The notes beneath the pieces were generated by a model that saw nothing but the letters and a program-made list of their open reading frames with translations, did no database searches and was not told where the DNA came from. Source: an uncultured Clostridia bacterium (lineage in GTDB: Bacteria; Bacillota; Clostridia; TANB77; CAG-465). Taken from it: a stretch of 64,000 nucleotides of DNA. Where the stretch lies: contig CANPWO010000004.1 in the NCBI GenBank assembly GCA_947584535.1, forward strand, positions 542 through 64,541. The letters are read 5' to 3'. Positions within the stretch are counted from its first letter, which is position 1. The number at the start of each line of letters is the position of its first letter. Both the position numbers and the translations under genes were made by a program. Positions 47,189 through 56,838 of the stretch are shown piece by piece.

Positions 47189-48154
47189 GTGAATATTTTG
47201 AATAGAGATTTAGTCTTAGATGCACATTGCGATACAATTAAGGAAGCATTAGATGAGAAACTTTCAATAACTGATGTTAAGTATGCATTTAATTTAAGAG
47301 ATGTAAGAGAAAAACTACCATATATTCAGTTCCTTGCATCTTTTGTTGACCCAGAGTATACAAATGAAGAAAACGGTGGCTTTATACGAGTAAATAAAAT
47401 ACTAGATAAATTCTATTTTGAATATGATAAGTATTCTGAATATATAACTATTATACGAAAAGAAGATAATTTAAAAGAAGTAGTAGCAAATAACAAACTT
47501 GGAGTTATATTAACTGTTGAAAATGGTAGTGCTATTAGTGGTAACTTAGATAATATAGATTTGCTATATAATAGAGGAATAAGAATAATGTCTGTTACTT
47601 GGAATAAAGATAATGAACTAGGTTGTGGAGCAGAAACAATAAATGATACAGGGCTTACTACACTTGGTAAAAAATATATTGAGAAACTAAACCAGAAAAA
47701 TATATTAATTGATGTATCACATTTATCTAAAAAAGGTTTTTATGATGTAATAAATATATCGAATAAACCAATTGTTGCAACACATTCCTGTGCAAATAAA
47801 TTATGCAAGCACCATAGAAATTTAACAGATGAACAAATTAAAGAAATAGCTAGGATAAAAGGAGTAATAGGAGTATGTTTTTACTCAAAATTTTTAACAA
47901 ATAATATAATTGCAACAGCTGATGATATAGTTAATCATATTGAATATATAGCAAATTTAGTAGGAATTGAGCATGTAGGACTTGGAAGTGACTTTGATGG
48001 GGTATGTAGAGAAGATTTACCAATTGATGTAAAAGGGGTAAAAGATATAGACATTATATTTAATAAGATGAGAAAAAGAGGCTTTAGTGAAAGTGATATA
48101 TTAAAAGTATCATCTTCTAATTTTATAAGAATATTAAAAAATAATATATTTTAA
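47189..48154 (+). CDS. membrane dipeptidase (peptidase family M19)
   Basis: 321 aa with a GTG start. The motifs are DAHCDT, DVSHLS, ATHS and GLGSDFDG. Confidence 0.85.
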   Translation: MNILNRDLVLDAHCDTIKEALDEKLSITDVKYAFNLRDVREKLPYIQFLASFVDPEYTNEENGGFIRVNKILDKFYFEYDKYSEYITIIRKEDNLKEVVANNKLGVILTVENGSAISGNLDNIDLLYNRGIRIMSVTWNKDNELGCGAETINDTGLTTLGKKYIEKLNQKNILIDVSHLSKKGFYDVINISNKPIVATHSCANKLCKHHRNLTDEQIKEIARIKGVIGVCFYSKFLTNNIIATADDIVNHIEYIANLVGIEHVGLGSDFDGVCREDLPIDVKGVKDIDIIFNKMRKRGFSESDILKVSSSNFIRILKNNIF

Positions 48155-48155
48155 T

Positions 48156-48193
48156 AAAAAAACTAGTGTATTATATTTTCTACACTAGTTTTT
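48156..48193. terminator. bidirectional intrinsic terminator
   Basis: Arms aaaaaactagtgta / tacactagttttt. Confidence 0.8.
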
Positions 48194-48916
48194 ATCATTA
48201 TCTTGTATATTCCAGCCTTGTATATCTGATCTTTTAATAGCTCCCATTATATGTGCTTTAATTTTAGGAATATCTTTTTGCAAATCTTTTATCAAATCTT
48301 TCATATATTCTCTTTTGGTATATCCATCAAGCTTACAACACTTTTCCATTACTGGAAAATTCTGTTCTCTTGCAACTGCTCTAATTTCTTTTTCACTTAC
48401 ATATATAAATGGCCTTATTGTTTTAACGTCACTTCTACTTAAGTATGTTACAGGAGCAAAAGTATGTATTTTTCCATTTAGAAATAGGCTCATAAGTAAT
48501 GTTTCCATTACATCGTCGCTATGATGTCCTAGAGCTATTTTATTACACCCATGTTCTATTGCAATACTATTAAGCATTCCACGTCTCATATTTGCACATA
48601 AAGAGCAAGGATTTTTTTCTTTTCGTATATCAAAAACTACTTTGGATATATTTGAATTATACACTATATATTCAACACCAAGTTTATCACAAAGTTTTTC
48701 TAGTTCATCAGTTTTGAAATTCTCACTTCCAGGATGAATAGTTATAGCCATAATATCAAATTTCTTAGGATAAAATTTTCTTAGATAATATAATGCATGA
48801 AGAAGTGTAAGACTATCTTTACCACCTGAAAGTCCAATTGCAATTTTATCTCCCTCATCAATCATATTAAAATCATCAATAGCGCGTCTTGCTTGTCCAA
48901 TTATATGTTGTAACAT
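48185..48916 (-). CDS. ttcA: PP-loop ATPase, tRNA 2-thiocytidine (TtcA)-like
   Basis: The start is set at ATG 48916 (MLQHIIGQ), 8 nt after SD ggagg. The motifs are SGGKDS and CSLCANMRRG, with a downstream CC pair. Confidence 0.75.
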   Translation of the reverse strand: MLQHIIGQARRAIDDFNMIDEGDKIAIGLSGGKDSLTLLHALYYLRKFYPKKFDIMAITIHPGSENFKTDELEKLCDKLGVEYIVYNSNISKVVFDIRKEKNPCSLCANMRRGMLNSIAIEHGCNKIALGHHSDDVMETLLMSLFLNGKIHTFAPVTYLSRSDVKTIRPFIYVSEKEIRAVAREQNFPVMEKCCKLDGYTKREYMKDLIKDLQKDIPKIKAHIMGAIKRSDIQGWNIQDNDKN

Positions 48917-48979
48917 TATTAATTCCTCCAATATTAATTATTTTATCATATATTTTACTTTTTTTCAATATATAATTAC

Positions 48980-49009
48980 TTGACATAATATGCAAAGCTA
49001 CGATATAAT
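48980..49009 (+). promoter_or_regulatory. consensus sigma-A promoter about 185 nt upstream of the alaS-like gene
   Basis: TTGACA (48980-48985), an 18-nt spacer, then TATAAT (49004-49009). A second candidate (TTGAAA-17-TAATAT) lies near 49134-49162. Confidence 0.5.
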
Positions 49010-49193
49010 GGCAATAAAAATAGCTAGTGCAATTTTGCATATAGATTGCTTGCTTGATTAAAGCAGATGGTTTTTTTATATATTGTTGTTTGTGAAATAG
49101 TAGTGTAATAATTTTGTAAATAATGTCAATTTACTTGAAAATTATGCTATTTTGTAGTAATATATATACATAGTAAATTAAGGGGAGAAAGTA

Positions 49194-50954
49194 ATGAAAG
49201 CAATAGAATTGAGAGAAAAATTTTTGAAATTCTTTGAGGAAAAAAATCATAAAATAATTTCAGGTGCAAGATTAATACCAGAAAATGATCCAACTGTACT
49301 ATTTACAACAGCTGGTATGCATCCACTTGTACCATATTTAACAGGACAGCCACATCCAGAAGGAAAAAGACTTACTGATTACCAAAAATGTTTAAGAACA
49401 GATGATATAGATGAAGTAGGAGATATAAGCCATCTAACTTTTTTTGAAATGCTTGGAAATTGGTCTTTAGGTGATTACTTTAAACAAGATTCAATAAGAT
49501 ATAGTTATGAATTTTTAACAAAAGTATTAAATATACCAAATGAGAAAATATCTGTAACTTGTTTTGAAGGAGATAAAGATGCACCAAGAGATGAGGAAGC
49601 AGCAAAAGTTTGGGAAGAATGTGGAATTCCTAAAGAAAGAATATACTATTTAGGCAAGAAAGATAATTGGTGGGGACCAGCAGGAGAAACTGGACCTTGC
49701 GGCCCAGATACAGAAATATTTTACGATACAGGAAAAGAAAAATGTTGTGATGAGTGTAGTCCTGCTTGTGATTGTGGTAAATATGTTGAAATATGGAATA
49801 ATGTATTTATGCAATATAACAAAAAAGCAGATGGAAGTTTTGAACCATTAAAACAGAAAAATGTAGATACTGGTATGGGACTTGAAAGAATGACTTTTAT
49901 ATTGCAAGGTAAAGAAAATGTATTTGAAACAGAACTTTTTGAACCGATTGTATCTATGGTAAAATCAAAAGCAAGTATGCCAAATGATGACTCTTTAAGA
50001 GTAATAGCTGATCATATAAGAGCATCATGTCTTTTAGTATGTGACGGAGTAGTTCCAAGTAATATTGGACAAGGGTACATTTTAAGACGTTTAGTAAGAC
50101 GTGCAATAAGACATATGAGGAAAATAGGCTTTAATTTAGATGATATATCAGCTTTGTGTGAAACTGTAATTAATTCTTTATCTAATATGTATAAAGAATT
50201 AGAGGAAAATAAAGAAAATATAATATTCCAGATAAATAAAGAAAAAAATAGATTTGTAAATACTCTTTCAAATGGTGAAAAAGAATTTAATAAAATTACA
50301 AGTAAATTAAAAGAACAAAACGAAGATTTAATTGATGGAAAAAGTTTATTTAGATTATATGATACTTATGGATTTCCACCTGAACTTACAGCAGAGCTTG
50401 CAAAGGAAAATGGGCTAAAAGTTGATATGGAAGGATATAATAAATGCTTTAAAGAGCATCAAGAAAAGTCAAGACAAGGAGCAGAAGGAGTATTTAAAGG
50501 TGGACTTGCAGATCATAGTGAAATAACAACAGCATATCATACTGCAACACATTTACTTCTTGAGTCACTTCAAAGGATACTTGGACCTCACGTAATGCAA
50601 AAAGGATCAAATATAACAGCACAAAGAGCAAGATTTGATTTCTCTAATCCTGAAAAAGTACAAAGAGATGTACTTGATAAAGTAGAGGCAATGATTAACG
50701 AACAAATTGATAGAGGTTTGGAAGTAACTTGTGAAGAAATGCCACTTAAAAAAGCAAGAGAAATTGGTGCAAGGGGTATATTTGATAGTAAATATGGCGA
50801 AATGGTAAAAGTATATACTATCGGAGATTTCTCAAAAGAAATATGTGGAGGACCTCATGTTGATAATACATCTAAGTTAAAACATATTAAAATAAAAAAA
50901 GAAGAGGCTGTATCAAGTGGTGTAAGAAGAATAAAAATGGAGTTTGTAGATTAG
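49194..50954 (+). CDS. alaS: short alanine-tRNA ligase (catalytic + tRNA-recognition + editing domains, no C-Ala domain)
   Basis: 586 aa. The class-IIc motifs are DPTVLFTTAGM, FFEMLGNWSLGDYFK, TGPCGPDTEIFYD, EIWNNVFMQYN and DTGMGLERM. The editing site carries HTATHLL and CGGPHV. The protein ends right after GVRRI. Confidence 0.8.
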   Translation: MKAIELREKFLKFFEEKNHKIISGARLIPENDPTVLFTTAGMHPLVPYLTGQPHPEGKRLTDYQKCLRTDDIDEVGDISHLTFFEMLGNWSLGDYFKQDSIRYSYEFLTKVLNIPNEKISVTCFEGDKDAPRDEEAAKVWEECGIPKERIYYLGKKDNWWGPAGETGPCGPDTEIFYDTGKEKCCDECSPACDCGKYVEIWNNVFMQYNKKADGSFEPLKQKNVDTGMGLERMTFILQGKENVFETELFEPIVSMVKSKASMPNDDSLRVIADHIRASCLLVCDGVVPSNIGQGYILRRLVRRAIRHMRKIGFNLDDISALCETVINSLSNMYKELEENKENIIFQINKEKNRFVNTLSNGEKEFNKITSKLKEQNEDLIDGKSLFRLYDTYGFPPELTAELAKENGLKVDMEGYNKCFKEHQEKSRQGAEGVFKGGLADHSEITTAYHTATHLLLESLQRILGPHVMQKGSNITAQRARFDFSNPEKVQRDVLDKVEAMINEQIDRGLEVTCEEMPLKKAREIGARGIFDSKYGEMVKVYTIGDFSKEICGGPHVDNTSKLKHIKIKKEEAVSSGVRRIKMEFVD

Positions 50955-50964
50955 GAGGGATATA

Positions 50965-51306
50965 ATGGAAGATTGTTTATTTTGTAAAATAGTAAAAGGT
51001 GAAGTTCCTTCGGATAAAGTGTATGAAGATGAGTATGTACTTGCATTTAAAGACATACATCCAGTTGCTCCTGTACATGTTCTTGTTATTCCTAAAGTTC
51101 ATATAAAAGACTATAATGAACTTAATGAGGAAAATATAAAATATATAGATAGAGTTCAACTTGCAATTAAAGAAGTAGCTAAAGTTTGTGGAGTAGATAA
51201 AGAAGGATACAGAGTAATTTGTAATACAGGTGAAAATGGTGGACAGGTAGTACATCATATACATTTTCATTTAATTGGTGGCAAAAAGTTAGGCTCTAAA
51301 ATATAG
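50965..51306 (+). CDS. HIT-family (Hint-like) nucleotide hydrolase
   Basis: 113 aa with DCLFCKI and the histidine triad HHIHFHLIGG. Confidence 0.9.
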   Translation: MEDCLFCKIVKGEVPSDKVYEDEYVLAFKDIHPVAPVHVLVIPKVHIKDYNELNEENIKYIDRVQLAIKEVAKVCGVDKEGYRVICNTGENGGQVVHHIHFHLIGGKKLGSKI

Positions 51307-51323
51307 AAAAGGAGATGGTTAAA

Positions 51324-51680
51324 ATGTCACTTGCAGCATTAATACTTTCAATTTGTGCAGTAATTATTGGACAACTACCATTTATATCTTTTATAGCTAT
51401 TATACTTGCAATTCTAGCTTTAATATTTGGTATAGTGTCTCTTGCAAGCAAAAGTAAAAAGTACAATAAGTCTGAGTCAATAACTGCTATAGTTTTCTCA
51501 GGTATAACATTATTAATTGTAGTATTTAAAATAGCATCATTTATTTTAAATGGACATATAGATTTACATTTTAATAGAGATAATGATTACGATAAATTAA
51601 AGCCAAGATACGATTATGAATATCATATAGATTTTGATGATGGTAGAATTTTAAGAAGCCATAATAGAAGTGCTATATAA
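51324..51680 (+). CDS. hypothetical small membrane protein (DUF4190-like N-terminus)
   Basis: The start is set at the second ATG, 9 nt after SD ggag. Two or three helices are present (LAALILSICAVIIGQLPFISFIAIILAILALIFGIVSL). Confidence 0.5.
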   Translation: MSLAALILSICAVIIGQLPFISFIAIILAILALIFGIVSLASKSKKYNKSESITAIVFSGITLLIVVFKIASFILNGHIDLHFNRDNDYDKLKPRYDYEYHIDFDDGRILRSHNRSAI

Positions 51681-51793
51681 TTAATTTAATTTATTTGTGA
51701 AAGTTTTGTAAAAATGCGTGACTTTTTCAATTAATTAATGTATAATGTAGTCAGGTTAAGAAGATAATAATTGTATTAAAAGGAGGAATTATT

Positions 51794-52234
51794 ATGTCTA
51801 AAAAAGAGATTGAAGAAAAAGTAGAGGAAAAAGTAGAAGTTAAAGAAGATACATCTAATGTTGAAATAGCAACTAACTTAAATATTTCAGAGGATGTAAT
51901 TGGAATTATTGCTGGACTTGCTGCTTCAGAAGTTGAAGGAATAGCAGGTATGACTCTTGGTTTTGTTGATGGTATTAACCAAATACTTGGAGGAAGCAAA
52001 AAATACTCTAAAGGTGTAAAAATTACTTTAGATGAAAAGAAAGTTACAATTGATTTATATGTAAATGTTACTTATGGCGTAAGGATACCAGATATTGCAT
52101 GGGCTGCACAAAACGCTGTAAAAACAGCTGTTGAAAATATGACAGGACTTGAAGTAGTAGCAGTAAATATAAATGTTCAAGGTATAACATTTGATAAAAA
52201 GGAAACTGCTAAAGTTGAAGTTTCAGAAGAATAA
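51794..52234 (+). CDS. Asp23/Gls24-family envelope stress protein
   Basis: 146 aa. The segment ISEDVIGIIAGLAASEVEGIAGM...VNINVQGI is typical of Asp23. Confidence 0.85.
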   Translation: MSKKEIEEKVEEKVEVKEDTSNVEIATNLNISEDVIGIIAGLAASEVEGIAGMTLGFVDGINQILGGSKKYSKGVKITLDEKKVTIDLYVNVTYGVRIPDIAWAAQNAVKTAVENMTGLEVVAVNINVQGITFDKKETAKVEVSEE

Positions 52235-52293
52235 AAAAAATAATGGCCCAGACATTAATTCTGTTTGGGCTATATATTTAGGAGGGGGACAAA

Positions 52294-52830
52294 ATGAAAG
52301 GATTTGAAAAATTTTTACTAATTATTTTTTCTATAATAGTTATAATACTTGCAATTAGTATTTTACTAGTATCTACAGGAGCAGTAGATTTGAAATCTAC
52401 ATTTAGTTATATAAATACATGGTTAATTGAGAATAAAACAATTGCCGTAGCAATAGGAGCAATAGTTGCTTTACTTGCACTTGTTGGAATATTTTCATCA
52501 TCTGAAAGTTCAGAGGATAAAAAAGGTGGACTAGCTATTAAAAATGAAAAAGGTACAGTATATATAACAAGAGATACTTTTGAGAATATAATATTAAGTG
52601 TAACAAGAAGTTATGCCGAGCTTAAGAATGTAAAAGCTGATGTATCTATGTCAAATGAAGGTGTAGTTGCAAATGTTTATGCATATATTCTTCCTGATAC
52701 TGTAGTTCCAACTTTAACAGCTAAGTTGCAAGAACATATAAAATCAAGTATATTAAAGCAAACAACTGTAGAAATAAAAGAAGTAAATATTAAAATTAGA
52801 GGGGTATATATAGAGCCTCAAAAGAAGTAG
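52294..52830 (+). CDS. alkaline shock response membrane anchor protein AmaP-like
   Basis: 178 aa. Two N-terminal TM helices are followed by an Asp23-like fold. The position after the asp23 gene fits the known cluster. Confidence 0.65.
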   Translation: MKGFEKFLLIIFSIIVIILAISILLVSTGAVDLKSTFSYINTWLIENKTIAVAIGAIVALLALVGIFSSSESSEDKKGGLAIKNEKGTVYITRDTFENIILSVTRSYAELKNVKADVSMSNEGVVANVYAYILPDTVVPTLTAKLQEHIKSSILKQTTVEIKEVNIKIRGVYIEPQKK

Positions 52831-52839
52831 GTGATTATC

Positions 52840-53103
52840 ATGAAAGATTTTTTAGATTATGTGGTAAAAAATAAATACGTTATAATTTGTGTGGCAATAG
52901 TAGTAGTATTATATGCACTTGGAATAGTTGAACTATTAACTAAACTTGTAGTACTTTTGGTATTAATTGGTTTTGCTGTTTTTATAGGTAAAAAATTACA
53001 AGATAATGAATCATTTTTTAAAGATTTTTATGAGAATTATATAAAGTCAAGAAAAAATAATGTATATTATTATCAAGATAAAAAAGATGAAAAAGAAAAA
53101 TAA
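52840..53103 (+). CDS. DUF2273-like small membrane protein
   Basis: The start is at ATG 52840, 5 nt after SD aggtga. It has two TM helices and occupies the third position of the conserved asp23-amaP-DUF2273 cluster. Confidence 0.55.
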   Translation: MKDFLDYVVKNKYVIICVAIVVVLYALGIVELLTKLVVLLVLIGFAVFIGKKLQDNESFFKDFYENYIKSRKNNVYYYQDKKDEKEK

Positions 53104-53126
53104 TTTTGCAATAGGAGATTTATTTT

Positions 53127-53540
53127 ATGAGTAGGAAAAAAGCTAGAGATAATGCTTTTAAGTGTGTTTATCAACTTGAATTTATGGACAAGCCAAATAT
53201 AGATGATATATTAGAGTATTGTTATGAAGAAAATGACAATATAGAAGATGAAAAAAAGTATATTGAAAAGGTAGTTAGAGGTGTTTACCAAAATTTAGAA
53301 CAAATAGATAAGGTTATTCTTTCTAAATTAAAAAATTGGACAATTACAAGAATTGCAAAAATAGATTTAGCTATTTTAAGACTTGCTATTTTTGAAATTA
53401 AATTTTTAACAGAGATTCCTGTTAAAGTAACTGCCAATGAAGCGGTAGAACTTGCAAAAACGTATGGAAATCCAGGCTCTAAATCATTTGTAAATGGCGT
53501 TATAGCGAAAGTAATTGAGGAAAGGCAAGAGGAAGATTAA
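53127..53540 (+). CDS. nusB: transcription antitermination factor NusB
   Basis: 137 aa with SRKKARDNAFKCVYQLEF, ILRLAIFE and NEAVELAKTYG. Confidence 0.92.
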   Translation: MSRKKARDNAFKCVYQLEFMDKPNIDDILEYCYEENDNIEDEKKYIEKVVRGVYQNLEQIDKVILSKLKNWTITRIAKIDLAILRLAIFEIKFLTEIPVKVTANEAVELAKTYGNPGSKSFVNGVIAKVIEERQEED

Positions 53541-54727
53541 TGGAAAAAATATATAGTGTATCTCAAATTAATAAATATATTAAGCTTAAATTTGATAAAG
53601 ATGAGTTTTTAAATAATATTAATATAACTGGTGAGATAACTAACTTTAAAGCACATTATACAGGACATTTCTATTTTACTTTAAAAGATGATACTTCTAC
53701 TATAAAGTGTGTTATGTTTAAATCTTGTGCATCTCTTGTTAAGTTTAAACCACAAGATGGAATGAAGGTAGTTATATCAGGTCAGGTAAGTGTATTTGAA
53801 AGAGATGGTGCATATCAAATATATTGTAGGACAATGACTCCTGAAGGACTAGGTGATTTATACTTAGCTTACGAGCAGTTAAAGAAGAAACTAGAACTTG
53901 AAGGTCTTTTTAAAGAAGAATATAAAAAGAAAATACCTTTTCTTCCAAGTCGTGTAGGAGTTATAACATCTAGAACTGGAGCAGTAGTTAGAGATATAAT
54001 AAATGTATCTACAAGAAGATATGATAAAGTTAATCTTTTAATATATCCTGCAGCAGTACAAGGTGTAAATGTTAGCTCGACTGTAATAGAAGGCTTAGAT
54101 ACATTTAATAAGTTAAATAATGTTGATGTAATAATAATTGCAAGAGGTGGTGGTTCATTTGAAGATTTATTTGGGTTTAATGATGAGGCTTTAGCAAGAA
54201 AAATATTTGAGTCACATATTCCAGTAATATCTGCTGTTGGACATGAAACAGATTTTACAATTTGTGATTTTGTATCTGATCTAAGAGCACCAACACCATC
54301 TGCAGCAGCAGAACTTGTATATCCAAAATATAGTGATATAGTAGATAGAATTTTGTTAAATAAAAGAAGAAATATTAATGCTATAGAAAACTATGTTGAA
54401 AGAAGAAAGCAATACGTTGAACGTCTTAAAGCTTCAAAGCTTGAAAAAGTACCACTTAATATGATTAATATGTATAGAATGAATATTGATAGATGTATTA
54501 AGGAAAGTTATCATGCTTTAAGTTTAAAAGTTGAAAAATATAAAGCTCAAACTATAAAAAATATAACAAAACTTGATACATTAAGTCCTCTTAAAACTTT
54601 AACTCGTGGATATAGTGTAGTTGAAAATGAGGATAGAAAAGTTATAAAAAGTGTTAATGATGTTAAGAAAAATGATAAATTAAATGTAACGTTAAACGAC
54701 GGTAAAATTAATGTTACAGTAAATTAG
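53540..54727 (+). CDS. xseA: exodeoxyribonuclease VII large subunit
   Basis: 395 aa. An N-terminal OB-fold (ITGEITNFKAHYTGHFYFTLKD) is followed by GVITSRTGAVVRDI, ARGGGSFEDL and GHETDFT. Confidence 0.93.
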   Translation: MEKIYSVSQINKYIKLKFDKDEFLNNINITGEITNFKAHYTGHFYFTLKDDTSTIKCVMFKSCASLVKFKPQDGMKVVISGQVSVFERDGAYQIYCRTMTPEGLGDLYLAYEQLKKKLELEGLFKEEYKKKIPFLPSRVGVITSRTGAVVRDIINVSTRRYDKVNLLIYPAAVQGVNVSSTVIEGLDTFNKLNNVDVIIIARGGGSFEDLFGFNDEALARKIFESHIPVISAVGHETDFTICDFVSDLRAPTPSAAAELVYPKYSDIVDRILLNKRRNINAIENYVERRKQYVERLKASKLEKVPLNMINMYRMNIDRCIKESYHALSLKVEKYKAQTIKNITKLDTLSPLKTLTRGYSVVENEDRKVIKSVNDVKKNDKLNVTLNDGKINVTVN

Positions 54728-54737
54728 GAGGAAAATT

Positions 54738-54971
54738 ATGGCAGAAAAAAATGAGAAAACTTTTGAAGAAAATTTAAATGAACTTGAAAAAATAGCTACT
54801 GAACTTGAAAAAGGAGAGTTAAGTTTAGAGGATGCAATTTCAAAATTTGAAACAGGTATGAATCTTTCAAAAGAGTGTACTAAAAAGCTTGACTTAGCTG
54901 AAAAAAGAATAAATATTTTAGTGCAAAATGAAAATGGAGAAATGACAGAAGAAAAGTTTGAAGTTGAATAA
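54738..54971 (+). CDS. xseB: exodeoxyribonuclease VII small subunit
   Basis: 77 aa. The sequence TFEENLNELEKIATELEKGELSLEDAISKFETGMNLSKEC is typical of XseB. Confidence 0.92.
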   Translation: MAEKNEKTFEENLNELEKIATELEKGELSLEDAISKFETGMNLSKECTKKLDLAEKRINILVQNENGEMTEEKFEVE

Positions 54972-55042
54972 TATTAAATATATAAATACTCTTAGTATAT
55001 TATTAAAATAAAAATCAAATAATATATTTAGGGTGTTTTTTA

Positions 55043-55228
55043 ATGGATAAAAATGATAAAAATAAATCAAAAGATAAAGTTAGTCTTGAGTATAATCTTG
55101 ATATTGAAAAACAAGATACTAAGACTGCTAAAAAACAGGGGTATGATTTTGTACCTAGATTTAATCACTGGGTAAATATAGACGAACAAAAAATAAAAGT
55201 AGAAGAAATAGAAAAAAAGACAGAATAG
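55043..55228 (+). CDS. hypothetical small hydrophilic protein
   Basis: 61 aa, Lys/Asp-rich. SD tagggtg-like sequence upstream. No motif recognised. Confidence 0.3.
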   Translation: MDKNDKNKSKDKVSLEYNLDIEKQDTKTAKKQGYDFVPRFNHWVNIDEQKIKVEEIEKKTE

Positions 55229-55294
55229 GTAAAGAAATGTAGTTTATTTCATATGTTAGTTATATATTTAATATATAATTATAAGGTGATAAGT

Positions 55295-55444
55295 ATGAGA
55301 TTAATGAGAAAAGGTGTTGAAAGCACTTTAATTATAACAATAATAATTTCTTTTATACTACTTACTACTATTATAGTTAGCAATTCACCAAATATGTTTT
55401 TAAATTTTATCTGTTGGCTTGGTGGTTGTGAAAACAGTGTCTAA
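55295..55444 (+). CDS. hypothetical small membrane protein
   Basis: The start is set at ATG 55295, 5 nt after SD aaggtga. 49 aa with one TM. Confidence 0.3.
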   Translation: MRLMRKGVESTLIITIIISFILLTTIIVSNSPNMFLNFICWLGGCENSV

Positions 55445-55609
55445 AAAAGTATGTAATTTATAATTTATATATACCCCTTTCGCAAAGTAAAGATATTCTT
55501 TATTTTGCTTTTTTTATATTTAAATGTTGATTTTTAAATAATGGTATGATAGAATGATTTTACAAATTTTTTTTAAATAATTATAACTATAATTAAGGAG
55601 GTAGGAAAA

Positions 55610-56059
55610 ATGAATTTAGCAGAAAAATTAATTAGATTATCATGGAAAGAACTTGTTTTAGAAGAAGATATTTGGAAAAATATGGAGCAGTACTTAATTG
55701 AAATTGCAAAAGAGAAAGCATCAGGTTGTTTTGTATTATTTGATATTAGTGATAAGGTAACTGAGGATGATATTGATATGCAAAATTTCAAAGATATTTT
55801 AAGAGATGATGGAATGAGGTATTATATATTATCAAATCTTAGTAATACTAATATAACTAGTATAATGATGTGGGATAAGTGGTGTGTGCAACTAATAATA
55901 GGAAAAAATCTTAGATTTAAGAAAGTAAGTGGTAAATTAATAAGAGTTATAATAAATAAAGATGAAAGCTCTAATATTAAATTTAAGATTAAATTAGAGG
56001 ATGTTGATAAAGAAGCTATGTCAGAATTTGAAAATTATGACTTTTCTTATGCTTGTTAA
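55610..56059 (+). CDS. hypothetical protein
   Basis: 149 aa. SD aaggagg is present. No motif recognised. Confidence 0.5.
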   Translation: MNLAEKLIRLSWKELVLEEDIWKNMEQYLIEIAKEKASGCFVLFDISDKVTEDDIDMQNFKDILRDDGMRYYILSNLSNTNITSIMMWDKWCVQLIIGKNLRFKKVSGKLIRVIINKDESSNIKFKIKLEDVDKEAMSEFENYDFSYAC

Positions 56060-56165
56060 ATAAAGAGCAAAAGCATTGCAAATTAATAATTATATTTGCA
56101 GTGCTTTTTTGTAACTTAAATTTTATATAAATAATATATTATTATATAGGAATGGGTGAAATAGT

Positions 56166-56384
56166 ATGAAAGAGGCATTTGAAAGAATTATTAATAATAT
56201 TGCTGATTTACTTAAAGTAAAGACTTTGCTTAGTTTATCAGTTGTTATCACTACTTGTTTACTTACTTTTAAAGGAGTTATAAGTACAGAATCTTTTATG
56301 GCAATAGCAGGTTCAGTTGTAACTTACTATTTTACAAAATTTAAAGATGATGAAAAAGTAAATAAAAATGATGATAGCAAGTAA
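56166..56384 (+). CDS. hypothetical small membrane protein (holin-like size/topology)
   Basis: 72 aa. Two hydrophobic segments are followed by a charged C-terminal tail (KDDEKVNKNDDSK). The holin assignment is only by analogy. Confidence 0.4.
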   Translation: MKEAFERIINNIADLLKVKTLLSLSVVITTCLLTFKGVISTESFMAIAGSVVTYYFTKFKDDEKVNKNDDSK

Positions 56385-56415
56385 AAAATCCACATTAATT
56401 TGTGGACTTTTTTTA
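56384..56415. terminator. bidirectional intrinsic terminator
   Basis: A tccaca / tgtgga stem is flanked by A- and T-runs. Confidence 0.65.
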
Positions 56416-56838
56416 TTATATTTTATATTTTCTTTTTTTTACTTCAGCTGAAATTTCTTCTAATTCTTCTTTAGGTAGATTAGGCAAATTCTCTAATTTG
56501 TTTAAGAACATTTCTATACTTTCATTTATCTTAATTTTATTAACTTCTTGATAGTAATTTACTAAAACTCCTGTTATAATTGCTACTAATATAATACCAC
56601 ATGAAGTAATAAATACAGTTATTATTTTACCTATTACAGTTACAGCTACTATATCTCCAAATCCAATAGTAGTAAATGCAATAAAACAATACCATAAGCC
56701 ATCCCATACATTTTTTATTTCAGGTTCTATTCTTGCTAATATGAATGAACAAATAATCATTAAAAAGAGAAAACTTATAATTATTTTATCAACATTCATT
56801 TTTTTTAATATATTCCATACTAATTTTAATTTCTTCAT
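56416..56838 (-). CDS. two-TM potassium channel (KcsA-like pore, no RCK domain)
   Basis: 140 aa. The selectivity filter TTIGFGD lies between two TM helices. Confidence 0.85.
   Translation of the reverse strand: MKKLKLVWNILKKMNVDKIIISFLFLMIICSFILARIEPEIKNVWDGLWYCFIAFTTIGFGDIVAVTVIGKIITVFITSCGIILVAIITGVLVNYYQEVNKIKINESIEMFLNKLENLPNLPKEELEEISAEVKKRKYKI

Noticed and set aside
56166-56384. A possible phage holin implying a prophage or lysis cassette.
   Set aside because: Only size and topology fit. No endolysin, terminase, capsid or integrase genes are nearby, so no mobile-element call is made. It is kept as a hypothetical membrane protein.
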